DNA from: Octopus sinensis
Lineage: Eukaryota
Reading direction: 5' to 3'
NCBI RefSeq assembly: GCF_006345805.1
Contig: NC_043023.1
Coordinates: forward strand, 16,368,001-16,432,000
Length of the DNA stretch: 64,000 nt
Below the pieces are notes generated by a model. That model did not search any database. It saw only the letters and a list, made by a program, of their open reading frames with translations, and was not told the DNA's origin. Below are positions 1 to 12,490 of this stretch, one piece after another. Each line of letters begins with the position of its first letter. Position 1 is the stretch's first letter. The translations under genes and the position numbers were made by a program.

Positions 1-77
1 GATTGGGTTTATTTACATTTGTGAAGAACAAAGATACCCTTCCCCCACCCCTAAATCTAAAATAGATTGAAATGCTT

Positions 78-1166
78 AGTTTTTTATAGCAGTGTCGTAT
101 GAAATTGTCACCAATAATTATAACCCTAGTATCGATCTATTGCATTTCAATCTATTTTAGATTTAGAGTTAGAGTTAGGGTTTGGGGTGGGGGAAGAGTA
201 TCTTTTTTCTTCACAAATGTAAATAAACCCAATCTGTTTCTTAAACGAGGGACATATTCATACAGCACGGAATGTTATTTACGTCAATGGAGGTAATTGA
301 TTGGTTAAAATTGCCGAAATGCAAGAAATTTTAGACGAAATATGTTACAATATTTATTACGAAATATGTTACAATGTTTTTTACCTCAATAGACGTCCAT
401 TGATTGGTTGAAATTGCAGAAAGAAAAACAACAAATATCTTCCAAACCATAGACTTTTCTCAATAAAGCCAAGAGAAAAAGATGTTTTATAAACACATTC
501 TATCAGTATACGAAGTATAAAAGTGTTTAGTTACGTGGAATTTATTTTAAAAAACTGCCGGTCAAACCGAAAAGATCCCAAATATCTTACAAACTATAGA
601 ATTTTCTCAATAAAGCCAAGAGAAAAAGATGTTTTATAAACACATTCTACCAGTATACGAAGTATAAAAGTGTTTAGTTACGTGGAATTTATTTTAAAAA
701 ACTGCCGGTCAAACCGAAAAGATCCCAAATATCTTACAAACTATAGAATTTTCTCAATAAAGCCAAGAGAAAAAGATGTTTTATAAACACATTCTACCAG
801 TATACGAAGTATAAAAGTGTTTAGTTACGTGGAAATTATTTTAAAAAACTGCCGGTCAAACCGAAAAGATCCCAAATATCTTACAAACTATAGAATTTTC
901 TCAATAAAGCCAAGAGAAAAAGATGTTTTATAAACACATTCTACCAGTATACGAAGTATAAAAGTGTTTAGTTACGTGGAATTTATTTTAAAAAACTGCC
1001 GGTCAAACCGAAAAGATCCCAAATATCTTACAAACTATAGAATTTTTTCAATAAAGCCAAGAGAAAAAGATGTTTTATAAACACATTCTACCAGTATACG
1101 AAGTTTAAAAGTGTTTAGTTAGTTGGAAATTATTTTAAAAAACTGCCGGTAAACGGAAAAGATCCC
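78..1166 (+). mobile_element. Non-autonomous DNA element of the GGATCTTTTCGGTTTGA..TCAAACCGAAAAGATCC TIR family with a tandemly amplified right end
   Basis: Same internal sequence as copies at 6131-6468, 8791-9293, 10756-11267, 42255-43135 and 61970-62154. Bases 1-75 are an inverted fragment of it. Confidence 0.7.
433..1166 (+). repeat. 147-bp tandem repeat, 5 copies
   Basis: GATCCC ends recur at 574, 721, 868, 1015 and 1161 (spacing 147,147,147,146). Confidence 0.95.
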
Positions 1167-1622
1167 CCCATTTTCCTAAAAGTTGATGGAAAAACTCGGA
1201 TCTTGTGAATTTTCCCAAGTCCTCTCCCCACCCTCCCGTTGCGTAGCACGCATTTTGTTCCCTATTCGTTGCCTACACATTGTCTTACATCCATTCGAAT
1301 ATTTTTTCTTTTTCTTTTTTTCTCTTTGATTTCCAGTTCCGTGTCAACATATAAACATTAACCAACACTTTTAAAAGTTTTATTGTCGAATGATTTGTCA
1401 TAAATAGGCAATCTTTTGTACTTACGTTCCCAGGTACAAAATTATGCTCCACCCACCAAATTTATCTGTTCTAATTTCTGAAAAACAAAACGAAAATAAA
1501 AAGCCTTCTTCTATCATACTCTCAATTTTGGTCAACTTGCGCCGCAGGGTCTCGGAGGAGATAGTGTTAGTTGAAGGCTACCAAATCTACCACACACAGA
1601 CAACTTCAGCTTTATATATATA

Positions 1623-1994
1623 CTAGCAGTTATTGCCCGGGTTTGTTTCGACCCTTTAGAATTGGAATCTTTGAAAAGTAAAAAGTTTGCATTATGTAGC
1701 TTGTTATTCTCTTAAAGGGAACATTTTTCTGGTTGAAATACATGGAAAAATGGCGACACAGCAGTGAAAAAATCGTAAAAAATAGGGATTTTCATAGAAA
1801 AAAGCACCTTTTTGATGTAAATAATTTTTGGTGTTAACATGGTCCGATTTGAATTTTTTCTTCTGCGGAATGAAGAGCGAGCCTTCTTCTATCATACTCT
1901 CAATTTTGGTCAACTTGCGCCTCAGGGTCTCAGTGTTAGTTGAAGCCTACCAAACCTGCCATACACACAGACAAATTCAGCTTTTTGTATATAG
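1623..1994 (-). mobile_element. Non-autonomous Helitron-like element, preceded by a tandem 5' fragment at 1501-1620
   Basis: On the - strand it starts with a CTATATA(C)AAAAAGCTGAA-type end and finishes ...CTGCTAG. Related copies lie at 9436-9792, in units 2 and 3, at 37275-37474 and (5' end only, + strand) at 58648. Confidence 0.6.
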
Positions 1995-2405
1995 TTGGAC
2001 TTTTAACCACAACGGCACAAGGGAGACCACTCTGAATCTTAGCTGCCCTCGCTCTGTGATTTCTTTCATAAGCTCAGAATAGGAACTCGAACCCGCGGCT
2101 CTTCCATCGATCACTAAACGGTAAAACAAAGATATTTGTTCGTTATTTAAAGGAAAATTGCTTTAGATTGATCTTTTGTCTCCTGTCTGAGTAACTATTG
2201 AAGAGGCTAGAACATGCGTCTCGACCGAAATCAAAAGGAGTTGAGAATGAAGTAAAATGCCGCAATCAAAGACCCCTTATCTTTCTGAACACTTTGTAAA
2301 TATGTTTATCAGTTGACAAACTAGTAATTCGTGTGGAACAGCAAACCATTGAAATGTTAACCATTGGTCGAAGCATATCAGCGTCGATACATCTCATTCC
2401 CGCAA

Positions 2406-2810
2406 GGCGGCGGGCTGGCAGAATCGTTAGCACGTCGGTCGGAATGCCTAGTGGTATTTCGGCTGCCGTTACGTTCAGAGTTCAAATTCCGCCGAGGTCG
2501 ACATTGCCTTTCATCCTTTCGGGGTCGATTAAATAAGTACCAGTTACGCACTGGGGGGTCGATGTAATCGACTTAATACCTATGACCGCCCTTGTTTGTC
2601 CCCTCTATGTTTAATCCCTTGTGGGTAGTAAAGAAATAGGTATTTCGGCTGCCGTTACATTCTGAGTTCAAATTCCGCCGAGGTCGACTTTGCCTTTCAC
2701 CCTTTCGGGGTCGATTAAATAAGTACCAGTTACGCACTGGGGCCACTTTATTTGACTTAATCGCTTTTTCTGTCCCCTCCATGTTAGCCTCCTGTGGGCA
2801 ATAAAGAAAT
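2406..2810 (+). mobile_element. tRNA-type SINE family B (Meta-domain-like), tandem pair
   Basis: B-box-like GAGTTCAAATTCC, core GCCTTTCATCCTTTCGGGGTCGAT..AAGTACCAG, and tail CCTTGTGGG.AATAAAGAAAT. Other copies at 9853-10107, 20798-21093, 32294-32589, 41856-42223 and 62603-62744 (-). Confidence 0.8.
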
Positions 2811-3691
2811 AGATACACCTCATTCCCTTTTTATGTTCGAATTTGGCTGCCCTTTCTAATACACCGATCGACCACAGACACTTTGATCTCGCATGGGCCG
2901 TAGCAGATACTGTTTACTACAAGAACACTCGTGGGAGAAGGAACGTATGGCTCATGGAAGTGAGGTAAGGTTTTAGTGATAGCGACTGTACGACATGCAA
3001 TGGGTTTTGAAGATTTTCCCTGCTTCATTGTAAAAACTTAATTTCTGAGCATCTAACTAGCTATTACCTCCTTTCTGTAACTCTGGATAGGGGCCATACC
3101 GGGTACTGTCAGCCGGGACTCGTGTCAGGCAGGGTCATCACTGCCTGAAGTAGTGAAGAAAATCGCTACCATAGGCGGTTTAGTGTTCGACTCGACACTC
3201 TTCCGGCAGCTCCTGCAACCAAGCTGGTGCCAAACGTAATGCTCTGCACTCCTTTGGACTACGTCAGCAAGGTCGAGAGAGAAATCCTGACGATTGGGCT
3301 ACCCAGGATTTTCTTACATCTAGCCCAGGCCTGCGCAAAACTGGAGAGGACATGAAATGTAAAAAACCAGACTGGATTAGTTTATGCTCAACTCCCATTG
3401 TCTCCCGAGACAAAAGGATGCCAAGAACTTCTGCAAGGCATTCCTTCGATATAACTCGACAAAATCAAAACGTTTGCCTTCGGGTATTTCCGTGGGTTGT
3501 GGAGTATAGATATAACGATGGAAGGATGTGATGAGAAAGGTGGGTGTCAGTAACCCAGCTTAATCATTGACGAAAGGAAAAGATCGTTGCCGGGCCTTAT
3601 AGGGTGCCGGGTTCGATCCTTTAATCTTTTTATTCGTTTTCTTATGTGTTTTTTGTTTTTAAGTTTTAGTCTAAGGTTAAATTAATTACTT

Positions 3692-4108
3692 TTTTACTTG
3701 TTTCAGTTATTTGACTGCGGCCATGCTGGAGCACCGCCTTTAATCGAGCAAATCGACTCCTGGACTTATTCGTTTGTAAGCCCAGTACTTATTCTATCTA
3801 TATATATATAAATATATATATACATATATATATATATATAAATATATATATACATATATATATAATAATATTAGGGAATAAATCCAAACTTACAGGGAAA
3901 AATTAGATTTAGGATTAAATCCAATTTTATAGTATAAATATATACGACGGGCTTCTTTCAGTTTCCGTCTACCAAATCCACTCACAAGGCTTTGGTCGGC
4001 TAGGGGCTATAGTAGAAGACACTTGCCGAAGATGCCACGCAGTGGGACTGAACCCGGAACCATGTGGTTGGTAAATAAGCTATTTACCACGCAGCCACTC
4101 CTGCACCT
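3692..4108 (-). mobile_element. tRNA-derived CORE-like SINE family A, interrupted by (TA)n
   Basis: Reverse complement of the GGCGCAGGAGTGGCTG..GGTTCAGTCCC head and the GACTGAAACAAGTAAAA tail. Confidence 0.85.
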
Positions 4109-4964
4109 ATGGTGCATAAAATATATTTTAGTAAATTTTTAAATGATATCATACGAACTCATATAACACTTTTGTTTGTCCTGTGTTGTCGCATTCTGTA
4201 TAAGATCGTCCTGATCATAATAAAGATTCCATTCTAAACTTGAAGGAAAAAAAGCTTTGCACATTTGTTCTTAACCTATTTCGTTTGTGTCTGTAAAATC
4301 CGCAAATTTCCAAGATAAAAACAGAATCGAACTGTTGTTTGCTTCCACGGAAATACCCGAAGTGAAATGTTTTGATTCTGTCGAGTTATATCGAAAGAAT
4401 GCCAGAAATGCCTTGTGGTATTCTTTCCGGCTCTTTCGGAATTCAACCCTTGCGTTCCCCCGGGGGCTAATAAAATATCTGCCAAGTACTGGCAGACAAA
4501 CGTAGTCATGTGCTTACAAATTAAGGAAACGGAGCCCCAATTTTGGCGATCTTTCGTTTTCAGTACAGTTCACATCACTTCTAAACCACGTAGGTTTGTT
4601 TATGTTTCTCCTGAACATGATCGGTGCTTTCCGTAAAAACTTTATTCTTTACGTACGTGGGAGGACAGGGGGCTTTTCTTTTGAAGTCGGCGTAAAGCGA
4701 AAGAGAGAGAGGAATTGATGTGTGGGCGTGTTGATGGGGTGCACGAGGCAGAAAGTGTGGTGTGTATATGAAGTGGTTTTGTTAGTGTGTGTGTGATGAC
4801 AGAGTGAGCAATGGATGTACGTGTGTTGATGAGGTTTGCCAGAGAGAAAATGTGTCTGAAGGTGTTTTGCTGGTGTGTGTGCGTCATAGAGAGAGAGAGC
4901 CATAACTGAAATTTCTTTCTTTTACTTTTTGTAGTGAATGAATGACAGAGAAAGAGGTTATGTA

Positions 4965-5728
4965 CCGTAAATCCGCATTTCCCCCCTAAAATTTAAGGGT
5001 CAAAATCCCTAGTGCATACTATATACGAGGTTAAAAATGAAAAATATTTTCTAAGCATGTCCGGCAATGTTTATTCAGACGCATTTTGTGATGTCGGGCG
5101 TGAAAATACCTTAGGCTAAGCCTGAAAGCAATGAAGTCATAAAAGAATCATCCATAACTTGCAGTAAGCAACATTTATTAAACGTTATTACTGCTACTTC
5201 TTTATTTTCTGCAAACAAAATGCACAAAAAAGCTACACGTTTGCATTATGTTATATATACAATAATAATAAAGGACGTTACCGTATACATTTTTACAAAC
5301 CAAGGACATTATATAGACTTCCTTGACTCAAGTTAGAGAAGGGGTGTGTATTATACACAAGGAGTGGCTGTGTGGTAAGTAGCTCGCTTACCAACCACAT
5401 GGTTTCGGGTTCAGTCCCACTGCGTGGCACCTTGGGCAAGTGTCTTCTGCTATAGCCCCGGGCCGACCAATGCCTTGTGAGTGGATTTGGTAGACGGAAA
5501 CTGAAAGAAGCCTGTCGTATATATGTGTATGTTTGTCCCCCTAGCATTGCTTGACAACCGATGCTGGTGTGTTTACGTCCCCGTCTCTTAGCGGTTCGGC
5601 AAAAGAGATTGATAGAATAAGTACTGGGCTTACAAAGAATAAGTCCCGGGGTCCTTTTGCTCGACTAAAGGCGGTGCTCCAGCGTGGCCGCAGTCAACTG
5701 AAACAAGTAAAAGAGAAAGGATACACGG
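4965..5728. mobile_element. pogo/Tc1-type MITE (TA|CCGTA...CACGG|TA) containing a SINE family A insertion at 5359-5716
   Basis: TA-flanked CCGT..ACGG termini, with a full SINE A inside. Confidence 0.55.
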
Positions 5729-6130
5729 TATGTGTGCATGGCTTCCGTCACAAACATACGTACGTACACCTACTGCATACATGTTCATATGCGTGTGCGA
5801 GGAGAGATAGAGAGAAGATATACCTTTCGTTTTTGCTTGTTGTTTGCATGTATGTTTATGTAACGAACGGTATGCTACGTAGAAAATGATGAGATTGCTT
5901 CCATAGAACGACAGCAGTCGAAGTTATACAAAACATTTCTATTTCACCGTTACGTGTGACATCAACAATCGCAGAGCATAACTGTACAAGAAAGAGCGCG
6001 CCTTATCGACTGCTACCGTTGCAGCCTTACATTTCTACTTGTCCTGTTCTCACCATTACGGCATCATTCAACGGACAGATAGTGCAATATCTGTTGATGC
6101 GACGATAGTTGTTTCTTTTAATTTAAAAAG

Positions 6131-6468
6131 GGATCTTTTCGGTTTGAACGGCAGATTTTTCTAGCAGTGTCATATGAAATTGTCACTCATAATTACGACC
6201 CTAGTATCGATCTATTGCATTTCAATGTTTTAAGGTTAGGAGTGGGAGAAGGGTATCTTTTTTTCTTCAGAAATGTAAATAAACGCAATCTGTTTCATAA
6301 ACGAGGTACATATTCATACGGCACAGAATGTTTTTCACCTCAATAGACGTCAATGATTGGTTGAAATTGCAGAAAAAAAACATCTCAATAAAGCCAAGAG
6401 AAAAAGATGTTTTATAAACACATTCCACCAGTACACGAAGTAAACTGCCGCTCAAACCGAAAAGATCC
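6131..6468 (+). mobile_element. TIR element (GGATCTTTTCGG family)
   Basis: ~24-bp TIRs GGATCTTTTCGGTTTGAACGGCAG / CTGCCGCTCAAACCGAAAAGATCC. Confidence 0.75.
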
Positions 6469-7125
6469 GTAATGTCTGTTGATTCAACGATGGTTGCCCT
6501 TTTAAAAATGTTTTCACTTTGCCACCTCACTTCGTAACTCAAAAACCATTACAGACGAAAAGCGAGATTGGCTGTGTTTCTACGAAATTCCTCGTTTGTA
6601 TATTTTTATCTTTTTCCCGAAGGTTGGGAAATCCGTGCCCCACTCCCTCGGAAAAAATTTAATTAAAAACATCCATATTCCTAAGTTGAGGGGAAAAAAT
6701 CGGATCCTGTGAATCTTCCGAAAGTCCGTTGGCGTAAATCTTTCGTTTAATGCACATTTTTCTCACACCCTTTTCACTGGGTTATTTCGCTTTTGTTTCG
6801 GTGACCAGGAGTGAAAGTAAAACATTAAGCTTTCCTTTTCGAAAATGCTCCAGCGAACATCAACATTATAAGTTGGAATTTCTCCGTTTTGACGGGAATC
6901 TTTCGGATATTTCCAGAGAACCGTTTGAAACTATCTGAAGCAACTTTAAGCAGTCTAGAAAACTCTCGGTAAAAAAAAATTCAAGCGAAAAGGTATGATT
7001 TAAGGGCTGTTATTTGTAGGAAAAACCATTATTTTCAAAACTCTCCTTAAAGTCTACTCACAATAAGAAAAAGAAAAATCGCAAATCGGCAGAAAACCGG
7101 AATTAACCTTCATGAGAATGTGGGT

Positions 7126-7141
7126 GGCCCTGAAAAGGACC
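7126..7141 (-). terminator. Histone 3' stem-loop of H2B (also 18201-18216, 29697-29712)
   Basis: The - strand reads GGTCCTTTTCAGGGCC followed by ACCCA. Confidence 0.93.
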
Positions 7142-7173
7142 GTTATTCTTCGATGAAGAGAAACGAAGCAGGT

Positions 7174-7551
7174 TTATTTGCTGCTAGTGTATTTGGTGAC
7201 GGCCTTGGTACCCTCAGAGACGGCGTGTTTGGCCAACTCACCAGGAAGGAGAAGACGGACAGCAGTCTGCACCTCACGGCTACTGATGGTCGAACGTTTG
7301 TTGTAGTGAGCCAAGCGGCTGGATTCAGAAGCTATTCTTTCGAACAGATCGTTGACAAAACTGTTCATGATGGACATAGCTTTGCTGGAGATGCCAGTGT
7401 CCGGGTGGACTTGCTTCATCACTTTGTAGATGTAGATGGAATAACTTTCCTTCCTCTTCTTCTTACGTTTCTTGTCCCCGGCAGGGCGAGAGGTCTTGGC
7501 CTTGGAGGCCTTCTTGGCTCCTTTCGAAGCAGTTGCTGGTGCTGGTGGCAT
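7174..7551 (-). CDS. H2B: Histone H2B (unit 1)
   Basis: [49 protein letters not shown], 125 aa. The real ATG is at 7551. Confidence 0.99.
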   Translation of the reverse strand: MPPAPATASKGAKKASKAKTSRPAGDKKRKKKRKESYSIYIYKVMKQVHPDTGISSKAMSIMNSFVNDLFERIASESSRLAHYNKRSTISSREVQTAVRLLLPGELAKHAVSEGTKAVTKYTSSK

Positions 7552-7821
7552 AATGTCACTTGCTCTACTAATCAACCCTCGTCCACGCTATTTATAATTG
7601 ACAAGTAGGCTCAGCCGAGCACCTTGCTGACGTTTCGCGCCAATCAATTTCATTGGTGGAATTTGACAGCAGTCTAATCACGTGACATAAACCCGCTCCT
7701 TTTTCGCTCGGCAGTTTGTGACTACTGGAGCCTCCTGACTGCTATTTAAAGGCAAAAGCCGCCCTCTTTTTTAATTCTTTGGCCGTCTTCTTTGTTGAGA
7801 ACTACTGTCGAACTTTGAAAT
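7552..7821. promoter_or_regulatory. Bidirectional H2B/H2A promoter
   Basis: TATAAATA (-) 7589-7596, TGACGT 7628, CCAAT 7640, ATTGG 7652, CACGTG 7679, TATTTAAA (+) 7743-7750. Repeated in each unit. Confidence 0.8.
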
Positions 7822-8198
7822 ATGTCTGGACGTGGTAAAGGAGGAAAAGTAAAGGGAAAGAGCAAGACCCGTTCGTCCCGTGCCGGACTTCAGTTCCCTG
7901 TCGGTCGTATCCACCGTCTTCTCCGTAAGGGAAATTATGCCCAACGTGTCGGTGCCGGAGCCCCAGTCTACTTGGCCGCTGTGATGGAATATTTGGCTGC
8001 TGAGGTGTTGGAATTGGCAGGAAATGCTGCCAGAGATAACAAGAAATCGAGAATCATTCCCCGTCACTTGCAGTTGGCCATCCGTAACGACGAAGAATTG
8101 AACAAACTTTTGTCCGGAGTGACCATCGCCCAGGGTGGTGTTCTTCCCAACATTCAGGCTGTTCTTCTGCCCAAGAAACCCAGAAGGCTTCCAAGTAA
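7822..8198 (+). CDS. H2A: Histone H2A (unit 1), with a 1-bp deletion near the C-terminus (frameshift or assembly error)
   Basis: Canonical H2A up to LLPKK. It reads AAGAAACCC at 8173-8181 versus AAGAAAACCC in units 2 and 3, so the ORF runs on to 8310. Confidence 0.93.
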
Positions 8199-8236
8199 AT
8201 TAATTCGGTGGCATTTTTTGCTTTATCCGTATCAAC

Positions 8237-8252
8237 GGCCCTTTTCAGGGCC
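8237..8252 (+). terminator. Histone 3' stem-loop of H2A (also 19317-19332, 30813-30828)
   Basis: GGCCCTTTTCAGGGCC. Confidence 0.93.
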
Positions 8253-8319
8253 TCTCACACTTTGCGTATTTGTCTTTTCTCGACTTAATATTTGCGATTT
8301 TTTCGTCTGAAGAATTTTT

Positions 8320-8528
8320 GGTACTACTTCAGAAGAGTGGTCCCGGTGCGCGCACTCGCGCTAGCTAGACGTGACTAGTCGATCCTTTGTGTTTCTTATT
8401 TACTTTAATTCATTTTGTGTTTTATTTACTTTGTTTAGAAATAATTTTGTTTTATTTACTTTGCTAGGATCGTCTCGTTACGAGTGGCTAGCGCGAGTGC
8501 GCGCACCAGGACCTCGTTATGTACTACC
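8320..8528. mobile_element. Palindromic MITE with GG..CC termini and an 8-bp TSD (Merlin-like); also 19400-19617 and 30896-31113
   Basis: GAATTTTT flanks both ends (8312-8319, 8529-8536) and there are long internal inverted arms. A family member with cleaner TIRs is at 38635-38798. Confidence 0.8.
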
Positions 8529-11350
8529 GAATTTTTGCATTTTTTCTCACGCAGGGGGAAACGATTGGTCTAGTCTCCAGAGATTCGCCACCCGCTTCCA
8601 TAACATTAGCGTAACCAATATTTCGGAAATGGTAGCAGAGATGTCATTGTAATCAGCTGTTTTATCTTTACCAATTTACTAAATCTATTTTATGTGGACG
8701 TGATTCATCTTTACCAACGAATTGTTTATTTATGTACACTGTATTGTGTCTATACGCATGTATTCTACCAGTGGCTGGGGTTGCTTCTCAGGATCTTTTC
8801 GGTTTGACCGGCAGTTTTTTTTCTAGCAGTGTCATGAAATTGTCATCCATAATTATTACCCTAGTATCGATCTATTGCATTTCAATCTGTTTTAGGGCTA
8901 GGGTTTGGAGGGAAGGGTATCTTTTTTTTCTTCGGAAATGTAAGGGACCACAGAACGTTTTCACCTCACTAGACGTCATTGATTGGTTGAAAAAAAAACA
9001 AGTATCTTACAAACTGTAGAATTTTCTCAATAAAGCCAAGAGAAAAAGATGTTTTATAAACACATTCTACCAGTATACGAAGTTTAAAAGTGTTTAGTTA
9101 CGTGGAAATTATTTTAAAAAACTGCCGGTCAAACCGAAAAGATCCCAAATATCTTACAAACTATAGAATTTTCTCAATAAAGCCAAGAGAAAAAGATGTT
9201 TTATAAACACATTCTACCAGTATAGGAAATTTAAAAGTGTTTAGTTACGTGGAAATTATTTTAAAAAGCTGCCGGTCAAACCGAAAAGATCCCCCCAAAC
9301 CTGAAAAAATCCGCAAGCCTTCTATCATATTCTCAATTTTGATCAACTTGCTCCGCAGGGTCTCAAAGGAGATAGTGTTAGTTGAAGGCTACCAAACCTG
9401 CCATACACAGACAACCTCAGCATTATATATATATACTAGCAGTGCTGCCAGGGTCTGTTTCGATCCTTTAGAATTGGAACTTTTGAAGTAAAAATTTCGC
9501 ATTATTCTCTTTAAGTGAACATTTTTCTGGTTGAAATACACCGAAAAATGTCGATACAGCAGTGAAAAAATCGTAAGAAAATAGGGATTTTCATAGAAAA
9601 AAGCATTTTTTGATGTAAATAAATTTTGGTGTTAACATGTCCGATTCGAATTTTTTCTTCTACGGAATGAAGAGCAAGCCTTCTTCTATCATACTCTCAA
9701 TTTTGGTCAACTTGCACCGCAGGGTCTCGGAGGAGATGGTGTTAGTTGAAGGCTACCAAACCTGCCACACAGACAACTTCAGCTTTATGTATCGACTTTT
9801 AACCACAACGGCACAAGGGAGACCACTCTGAATCTTAGCTGCCCTCGCTGTGTTCAAATTCCGTCGAGGTCGACTGTACCGTTCATCCCTTCGGGGTCGA
9901 TTAAATAAGTACCAGTTACGCACTGGGGTCGATGCAATCGACTTAATCCCATTGGGTAATAAATAAATAGGTATCTCGGCTGCCGTTACGTTCTGAGTTC
10001 AAATTCCGCCGAGGTCGACAAAGTACCAGTTACGCAGTGGGGTCGATCTAATCGACTTAATACCTATGTCTGTCCCCTCTGTGTTTAGCCCCTTGTGGGT
10101 AATAAAGAGCACTGTCATGCTTCAGAAGTGAAAGTCGTCAACTTCGTGTATTTCCGTCAGGTTTATACCTTCGTTAATTTACGTACCACCACGCTGTTAG
10201 GTTTATAAAGTTTATAAATAAATACATTTCATTCCATGTTCTGTTTAAACTTTATAAATAAATATATTCTTGCATTATTCATTAGTTTTTAAAAAAGAAA
10301 TCACACCAAATCTGCAAGGATTCTTTCTCTCCAAGTTTTAAATGAGACATTGCTGGCATAATTTCGTTATGAAAAAAGTTAAAAATGAAGGAAAGTGGGT
10401 GTTATAAATTAGAAATGTCTATTTTTGCAGATTAGCATTCCCCGTCGACTTGAAGCAGGCTATTCACGTGCTAAAAATAACAGCCAAATCTCCAAAACTG
10501 CGATAACAGAACGAAAGAAACCTGTAAACAACCTACTCACCTTTGCACATTCTTCTATCAGAAACCTCCCGCAGTAACGACAAAGTAAAGATATAAAAAA
10601 TAAGTGCGGAAATAACAAAAAATAACCAGCGCAAAACATCATATGCTTCTGGAACTGAAAATGTGCATTATAAGGGGAAAATCGGATGCCGGTCCCCACC
10701 CGTCAGGATCGTTTGCGCAAATCCTTTCTATTCATATTCGATTTCTACAATTACTGGATCTTTTCGGTTTAAACGGCAGCTTTTTTTAGTGGTGTCATAT
10801 GAAATTATCACCCATAATTATGACCCTAGTATCGATCTATTGCATTTCAATCTGTTTTAGGGTTAGTGGGGAAAGGATATCATTTTCTCTTCAGAAATGT
10901 AAATAACCCAATATGTTTCTTAAACGAGGGACATATTCATACGGCACAGAATGTTTCCTTACCTCAATAGAGTATCTCTATTATGATCATGGCGATTTTA
11001 TATAAAATGAGACAATACAAGACAAACAAAAGACAAAGATGCTATATGAGGTCGCATAGAGTAAATATTAAAAATTTACTCAAATAATATGTATTTTATA
11101 TATCGTTCTACAAACTTAGAACTTCGATTTAAACTGAAACAAAGCCACAGAAACACCGTTACCTCAATAGACGTCAGATTTATAAACACATTCCATCAGT
11201 ATACGAAATTTAAAAGTTCTTAGTTACCTAGAAATTATGTTAAAAACTGCCGTTCAAACCGAAAAGCTGGAATTTCTCCTGTTTTCGCTATGGAGCGAGG
11301 ATCTTAAGCATATCAAAGGTCGAAAGAGAATACTTAGAATACAATGTGGC

Positions 11351-11366
11351 GGCCCTAAAAAGGGCC
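11351..11366 (-). terminator. Histone 3' stem-loop of H3 (also 22850-22865, 34346-34361)
   Basis: The - strand reads GGCCCTTTTTAGGGCC. Confidence 0.92.
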
Positions 11367-11395
11367 ATTTAAAATGCTGACAAAGCAACAGAGAC

Positions 11396-12395
<1,000 letters not shown>

Positions 12396-12427
12396 GCTAA
12401 GAACCTTGAGCTTCTTTGAAACATACC

Positions 12428-12443
12428 GGCCCTTTTCAGGGCC
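12428..12443 (+). terminator. Histone 3' stem-loop of H4 (also 23927-23942, 35418-35433)
   Basis: GGCCCTTTTCAGGGCC followed by ACCCA. Confidence 0.95.
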
Positions 12444-12490
12444 ACCCACTTTTTAATTTAAGTCAACTCTTCTAAATCGCGATGTGCTTC

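Noticed and set aside
433-1166. The 147-bp period equals the nucleosome core length next to a histone cluster
   Set aside because: The length is set by the transposon's internal junction and also occurs away from the array, so it is probably a coincidence.
2860-3600. GC-richer stretch resembling a LINE 5'UTR or structured RNA
   Set aside because: There is no downstream ORF or recognisable motif, so it cannot be supported without a database search.
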